A DNA stretch of 64,000 bases, taken from the NCBI GenBank assembly GCA_951406725.2, contig OX597819.1, positions 22,878,001 through 22,942,000 on the forward strand. Reading direction: 5' to 3'. The position numbers were made by a program, and so were the translations under genes. Shown here piece by piece: positions 56,873 through 64,000 of the stretch. Positions within the stretch are counted from its first letter, which is position 1; each line of letters starts with the position of its first letter. The notes under the pieces were generated by a model. It was not told the DNA's origin, did no database searches, and was given only the letters and a program-made list of their open reading frames with translations. Origin of the DNA: Octopus vulgaris. Lineage: Eukaryota.

Positions 56873-59800
56873 AATACACACGAGAAATTCAGAAGTTAAT
56901 CTAGAGGTTAGAGCGTTGTACACAAAATCGAAAGACCGTGGTGTTGATTTTTAGCCTGGGTAGTACGTTATACAAATACAACTCATTCTACCTCGTTCCT
57001 GTTCACGCAGTTGGGAATAAGTGACCCTATAACGGACCGGTGTTCTGCTCAGGGTAGATATAATGATCTTGGTCACTTAGACGCGATGGAAACCGGTTAA
57101 GCAGCCTTATGACTTCTGAACGCGATGCTATAATGTCCAGGGGATACATTGTGTCGTGGTAGATATTAAAGCTTAAAATCTATGCAATAGAGAAGAATGC
57201 TGTCGCTTATATTTTAACTTTAAAATATCTATGAGACCTTACTTTGGACATTCACCAACAAATTGGTAACATTATGTGTGCGTCATAAATCAATATGGAC
57301 GGTGAGCTGATAAGCTCGTTAGCACACCGGACAAAATGCTGAGCGACATTTCCTCCGGTTCTTTACATTCTCTGTTCAAACTCTGCTTAGGTCGACATTA
57401 CCTTTCACTCTTTCGAGCTCGAAAAGATAAGTACCAGTTGAGTTCTGGGGCCGATCTAATCGGCTATCCCCTTTCTCACAACAATTCAGGCTTTGTGGCT
57501 ACAGTAGAAAGGGACATGTCTGTGTAATAAATTAATACGGTAAGCTAGCATACTCCTTATCATATTGGACGCAATGTTAAACGGAATTTCTTCCTACGCT
57601 TAAGATCAAATCAATCTGCGGTTAGTTGTACCTTTCATTCCTTCGGAGTCGATAAAATAAAATACTTTTCCAGTACCCTCGCGCAATGTAATCAGCTTGC
57701 ACCCTCATCTCAATATTGCTGGCCTTAAAACCCTGCAACCTACCGGCGTTCAGGGTGAAAATTCTGATCATGGTCACTTAGACATAATAGAACCGAGTAA
57801 CCAGCCTTATGTGTCTAAGGCTCGAGAAAAAATATTAAATTTTGAACTCCCGAGATGGAATAATATTACGTAACAACTAGTGAAGAGTCTATTATTGCAG
57901 TGACCGTCACATGCACAGTGAAAAAAAAATTAAGATTGAAAATTGTTACTAGGGCCAAGTTATAATCCCACTTTCAGGCTATATAACTGGCTAGTGTAAC
58001 ATTAATGGCGAGATGATATCCTTTTTTTATTTTGTTTTTGCTAAAGCATGTTAATAACGATTAAATTTAAGCAAGAAAAACCTAGGACTTTTTGTTTATA
58101 CAGTAGAATGGGATTAGTTTAACATAGTATGTTAATGGCAGTTTTAATGAACTGTGAAGGAGGAAATATAAGCCGATACTCGTTAAAATGTATGGATATA
58201 TGCAATAATTTTCAAATTCATTTAAAATATCATAAACTATTTCTTTGTTTTATCTACACAAATTTCACATTTTAATGATGAACACAAAGAGAAACAAGGA
58301 AAAATCGGCTATGCAAGATAAATTCATTCGTTTCCTCCCATTTAAAAAAAAAAACATATCAATTTTCAATGCTATTTGAATTTAAATATTATGCGAGTGT
58401 TTGATGGGGTTTTTTGTGGGGAATGTTGTAGCCTGCTTTTACAAGTTTTGTTGACGGGTTTTGAAATTTGTATAAATCCTTACCTTCGGATGATGGAATC
58501 CCAAGTAGAAAGCAACGAAAGAATTTTTCTAACAACCCAATCCTACTCTACTATCCTAGTCTCGAGATGACTCATCACGATAAATCCTGACTTAGATAAG
58601 TGTATGTCTCGATGTTGTTCTTATAGATGCGTTCTTCTCACAGTAGAAAATCTACTTCACACTTAAAACATCTGATAATTAGTACCCGGAATTAGCCATC
58701 ATTTCGACGTATGATTATTTAAGTTACATTCTTTGGTTATTTTTTTTTTCAATACAAACAATCTTTCAATCTGTTCATTTTTTTCTTCTAACGGTAAATT
58801 AGATTCTTAAAATAGCAGCGCACACTACGTTAGAATGCTTTATTAATTAAAAATTAGATCAGAATTTCTAGCATAATTCATTCTCTGGGGCTATATTAAG
58901 CTGCTGAGGTTAGAATTAGGCCAAAAAATATCCATCGGAGATTACTTGCGTACTTTAAAGATGAATGAAAGTGTCTTTCTTTCTTCTCCCATCGTATAAT
59001 TATTTCTAGTTAGTATTTTAATATTACTTGCTTTAAATATGTGAACACTAAAATATCCACTGATTTTTATGCTTTGATTTTTTTTTCAAACTCATCTGAA
59101 TTATTCAATAAATTTGTTGTGGCATAACAGCATGTAATTAACATTTTGAACAAAAGACTCAAAATCTTTCTGTTAGCAATGTTAATTGTATTCCCAATTA
59201 AATGAATGCATTATGTAAAATCAAATTCAGATGCCAAATTACAAAGATGTAAGTTTAAGGTAATTAAGGAATGGTGTTTTATACTAATACAATTTAATTT
59301 TTGTTCTGGCTTTTATTCAATCATTCTTCGATCTTAATATGATTAATAAAATGCTTTAGATTTCTATTAAATTGCCATAAATATTGGGTTAAAATTTAAT
59401 CATTTAACCGTTAAACGACTTTAGAAGAACCAATGAGGGAGGCTACATGGTCATTCCATTTGTTAGATATAGCAGTCAAATTTACTTTGATCATCTTAGA
59501 TAGGTACATACTGGAGAATGAGATTTTAAGTTCCCTAAACATGAGAAAACGACAGGATGGTCATAACTGGAGTGCCTTTGACCACAAGTCAGCTAACTAG
59601 ATGCTAAATAATAGCAAGAACAATTACTTCAACAGTGTTTCGGTGAGTGTCTCTATGGAGACTCTAGACTTGCTAGAATTAGCAGTCAAATCTTCTTCAA
59701 ATCACATCCTACTGACCTAAATGCGTAACAAAAAAATATGCATTATATAATGTGGACCTATGTAACCTTAATAGATGTCTGCTCAATCACAAGTTTAATA

Positions 59801-60029
59801 ATCTTAGACTGAAGAATGAATATTGGTTTCAAAACAGTTTCTGAACAGCAGGAAAGTCAATTAAGTTGACCCCCACCCCGTGTTAAACTGGTACTATTTT
59901 ATCGATTCCGTAATATTAGAGGAAAAGCCGACATCAGCGGAACTTAGACTCAGAACATGAAGACGAACAAAATGCCGCCAAGCATTGTGTTCAGTGTGCT
60001 AAAGAGTCTGTTAGGTCGCCGTCTTAATG

Positions 60030-60128
60030 AAATATGGGACACTTCACGAATTTGCATCATCTTTGTGCAAGGGCTATGCTAATCTGCTCTGAATCCTTCC
60101 GATTCCAGAATATGCTCTGCTGAAGAAT
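60030..60128 (-). pseudogene. Degenerate U6 snRNA copy
   Basis: + strand AAATATGGGACACTTCACGAATTTGCATCATCTTTGTGCAAGGGCTATGCTAATCTGCTCTGAATC aligns with the reverse complement of U6. The ACAGAGA box is mutated to UCAGAGC. Confidence 0.85.
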
Positions 60129-60429
60129 AAATATTGATGTCAGATTTGGCACAAGGCCAGAAATTTCGGGGAAGGAGTCGAATCGATTACATCGACGCAA
60201 GTGTTCCAACTGGTACTTCTTTTATCGACCTCGAAAGGATGAGAGGCGAAGTTGACTTCGGCGGAATTTGAACTCTGAACGTAACGCCAGACGAAATATC
60301 TCTAAGCATTATGTCTGGTGTGCTAATGATTCTGCCACCTTGTCGCCTTTAGCTGAAGAATGAATATTAAAATCATATCAGTAAGAAAACTGATGTATAA
60401 TTATACTCGAAGGTAGTTGAAAATATTTG

Positions 60430-60522
<93 letters not shown>

Positions 60523-61530
60523 ACTGCCACTACTATTACTTCTACTACTACTGATGTTGCTTCTTTGCTACAATAAACCAAAGTTAATTAGACTAAACTC
60601 AAATTTCCCAACTCGACGATACTGTAAAACTAAAATGTGTTAACAGTTTCCAGCGCATAATTTGTGACACAACCAGAGAAACAACTGACTATCCTACCTC
60701 CGATAACAAAATCCGGTCTATTGGCGAAATAGTTCGATCAGTGTGAACAGTTAAGCCCCATAGAACTGTAATATCTTCATTCTCCACTTCAGCACGCTTA
60801 TATCTCCCACGTCCAATATTATCTGAATTCAGAGAAAAACATTATGCAAGAGTTTTATGGTATGTTTGTAGCTTTAGCTTTCCTTTACCCCTTTTGTCGA
60901 TTGCTTTTGAAATTTGAATAAATTTTACCTTCGGACAGTGGAGTCCCGACAAAACATATCTGTTCATAGGCATTTAAACCCTAACAGACTGCAACAATTT
61001 TGTACAAATATTTGTAAAAGCAAATACAAGGACCTTGAAACAGAACTTTCATAAACGTTCCATCAAAATCGACAATTGTATCCGTAATCATCAAAGCTTT
61101 AGTGATAAAAAAGAAATGGCACTCTTAACCGCTAAGCCGGTTACCTAGACATCTTAACGTTTCAGAACTCAAATGAATTGTCCTCCTGAGAGCTGCCCAG
61201 TCCTAAGAAAAACATTGTCAGTTTGAGAATACCTGATTCTCATAAAGTGTTTCAAAATCGAGAATATTACAAATTTAACAGGTGCTTAGTTCCCTAATCG
61301 TCTCCTTTCCCCACAAAAATATCGATGCTAATCTGCAATAAAACTTCAACTTGCTGTAACTTGAGGTCTCTGAGCGAGATTTGGAATAGCTCGAGTGAAT
61401 CAAAGAATCAATATACGGAAACAACGAAAATACCAACAACAATAATAATTTTTTACTTTATTAGACACAAGATCGCAAACATTTAAAACATGTCACATAG
61501 AGATACGAGATATTTTAGTATGAAAATACT

Positions 61531-61561
<31 letters not shown>

Positions 61562-61742
61562 CTATTAATATTAATATTATTATTATAATCATCATCCTCA
61601 TCATTATTATCATTATTAAATAATAAATCAAATGGTATACACCTAAGAGCTTACCGGTAAAACACGTTCACTTTCGCAGTGTTTGTTTTGTATTTGAGAA
61701 ATGAGAGAGACGTGAAGATGGAAGATACGAGAAAGGTTATAG

Positions 61743-63110
61743 ATCACTACAATTGTTTCGACCCATCTAGCACCGAAACCTCACGGGTGGGATACTGAGC
61801 AATTGGTTTAGGAGTATCCGTTGGTGTAGATGTGTCTCTTCTGTTGATTACATGATGTATCTCGTTAAAATAACGTCTGTTCTGCAAGTTTTCCTTTCGG
61901 CATGTGTATAGAAAAGCAGCAAATTAAGGAATACATATTATAGAAGATCAATAAAAGTCAGATGCAAAGAGAAACACATGCAAATAGAAATAAAAATATT
62001 AAATGTAACCTTTAGAATATATACATGTATAAACGCCCTCGCTTAGGTTGTATGGTGCACGTACATTCACTCGTACAAGCTTGCACAAAGTTATAAGTAT
62101 ACGCACAGGCGTTGTTTGGCGCACATACGTTCACACAGCGAGTTAGATAAATACTTTGTGTTTATAAGAATGGGTCGGTTACAATTAATTCATCCATACT
62201 GCAAAGTAAATTATGGCTATTAATTTTGTTAAGAAATACTCAAATTCATTCTCACTGTACTGTGCGAAAGTGCATTTATAAGCATACAGACATCTTGACA
62301 AGCTTTCAGAAATCGTATTAATGACCATCTCAGTGGTCCACATAAAAGACAGGGATTCTTGGGAGCATAGTCTGCATATCCTGCAAAGGGTATATACGGT
62401 TGTACATGCCTAATTATGGAACAAGTTACATCACATTTCATTTGTTCCCCCTTAGGTCGTCACACAACGTCAACAAAAGACGTCGAATGCCTCTTGTTGA
62501 TGTTCTTGAAGCTGGCGAGATGATTGCGATAATGATTCTTGAATGAATCAACTGTTGCCTCAGTGTAAACGTACGGTCCTTCCCTTGTGTGTACGGTGCA
62601 TTTATATACAAGATTCATACTCATACAGAGGGTCATCACTGGGCATTTTGTTTTTTATCTGCATGAGCATTTATTAGATTTAGTAGTGTGTGTGCCAGTG
62701 CTGACTTCAATTTCTCACGTTGTTACCATGTCGGCTCTGTCACTATTATTTGTACTATCAAGATGTAGCCGTAGCGGTTACTTTTCATTCTGGTTGGTAT
62801 TTCCTTTCATTAGATTTTGATGTATATATTTGCAGCCTTTTCTGTTTATCGAGGCGAGAGTAGTTGGCCCATAAGATATAGTTCCAAGAGATGGGTCACT
62901 GAACTGTTGGTTCATTTTACTGTTATTAATGGGGTGTATATGTGGCTCTAATTTAGCGCTTGATTCCTTCATAATGTGTTTATAGAAAATAGCATGATAT
63001 CTATTTGATTTTGGGAATTTTGTCTAAAGCGACAAAACATATCCTAGCGATCCTCGTTGAAACATTACAACCGTGGATTTGGTTGTACCAGAGTACATCA
63101 TGATTCTCAT
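61743..63110 (-). mobile_element. Penelope-like remnant (linker, GIY-YIG, 3' hammerhead relic)
   Basis: Minus strand VLWYN...NVSTRIA...; KCSCR.KTKCPV...MNLVYKCTV...SFKNHYRNHLASFKN...QPY. Hammerhead relic at 61743-61849. Confidence 0.75.
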
Positions 63111-63130
63111 ATATATATATATATATATAT

Positions 63131-63298
63131 TTCTCTCCTTTTTCTCTCCTTGTTTCTCCCCTTTTTTCTGTGTCTCTTTCTGTAGAAGAGCGTAGACTCG
63201 AAACATAAAAGACTTTGTCTATTCCTGAGCGTTATATTAATACATCTGAATGTTTTGTATACCACCAGTCTTCGTCTTTTGTTTTTCTAGTAAACTCT

Positions 63299-63302
<4 letters not shown>
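63131..63302 (+). mobile_element. ~170-bp hammerhead-bearing element in (TA)n
   Basis: UCUUU-CUGUAGA-A-GAGCGUAGACUC-GAA-ACAU-A^AAAGA, then UUCCUGAGCG..UUAAUAC. Same family as 51362-51530. Confidence 0.75.
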
Positions 63303-63383
<81 letters not shown>

Positions 63384-63520
63384 AAGTTGAAAAGGAACAC
63401 ACGAGTTAATATATAGAGGTAGAAAATGCTAAAATGATTCTATAAAAATCATTTCAATACCGGTTTCAGTCATTGAGACTTTTTCAACTGTAAGTATGGA
63501 AAACAATTAAATTTTGGAAA

Positions 63521-63717
63521 AATTAAAAGAAAACATTTTAAAAGAATATTTGTATAGTATTCAAATACAAGAGGCATTTTCCTTATTTCTGCCTGTTACT
63601 GTCTTTCTTGCTTACTCTTGTGTAAACAAGAGAGACAGAGACAGGCAGAAACAAGGAAAATGCCCCTTGTATTTGAATACTATATAAATATTGTCTTAAA
63701 AACTTTTCTTTTAATTA
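63521..63717. repeat. ~200-bp imperfect hairpin
   Basis: AATATTTGTATAGTATTCAAATACAAGAGGCATTTTCCTT.TTTCTGCCTGT is inverted as ACAGGCAGAAACAAGGAAAATGCCCCTTGTATTTGAATACTATATAAATATT. Confidence 0.9.
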
Positions 63718-64000
63718 TTAGCGTATCCGCATCAGTTGAGAGAGGACAAGCTTATTTGTTACTGCATTATGTCGAATAATTTGTGATAAATTGTCGAGTA
63801 AATCGTAATAATGAAATGAAACAAAATGATGATATTTAAAAGCATTTAATACGTATGTTTCAGATCTTCAGTTAATAATACATTTTGGTATTTTGATCTA
63901 TATTAACTGAAGATGATGTGGCGAAAGTGGAATATTTCTAATTACATATGTCACAGATCTAAAACGCATGTATTAAATTCTACGATAAACATATACATAG

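Overview
AT-rich, microsatellite-saturated animal DNA. The repeat repertoire looks like an octopus/coleoid cephalopod genome (inference, no search run). Nearly all ORFs in the track are microsatellite or minisatellite artefacts. Host-gene signal is limited to the last four coding exons of a + strand leucine-rich-repeat protein with an LRRcap (5459-11630), reconstructed by eye from splice sites and phase. The rest is mobile DNA: three abundant tRNA-headed SINE families, a full-length frameshifted mariner, a 5'-truncated Tx1/L1-type LINE and two 3' stubs all within (GATA)n, R4/Dong and RTE LINE fragments, Helitrons, a MULE-like element, MITE/hairpins, four Penelope (GIY-YIG) remnants, and degenerate 5S and U6 copies. 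The most striking unannotated pattern is about a dozen minimal hammerhead-ribozyme motifs, two with intact cores. They occur in ~170-nt non-autonomous elements next to (TA)n, in a composite minisatellite element present twice, in a tRNA-like SINE tail, and downstream of each Penelope remnant.
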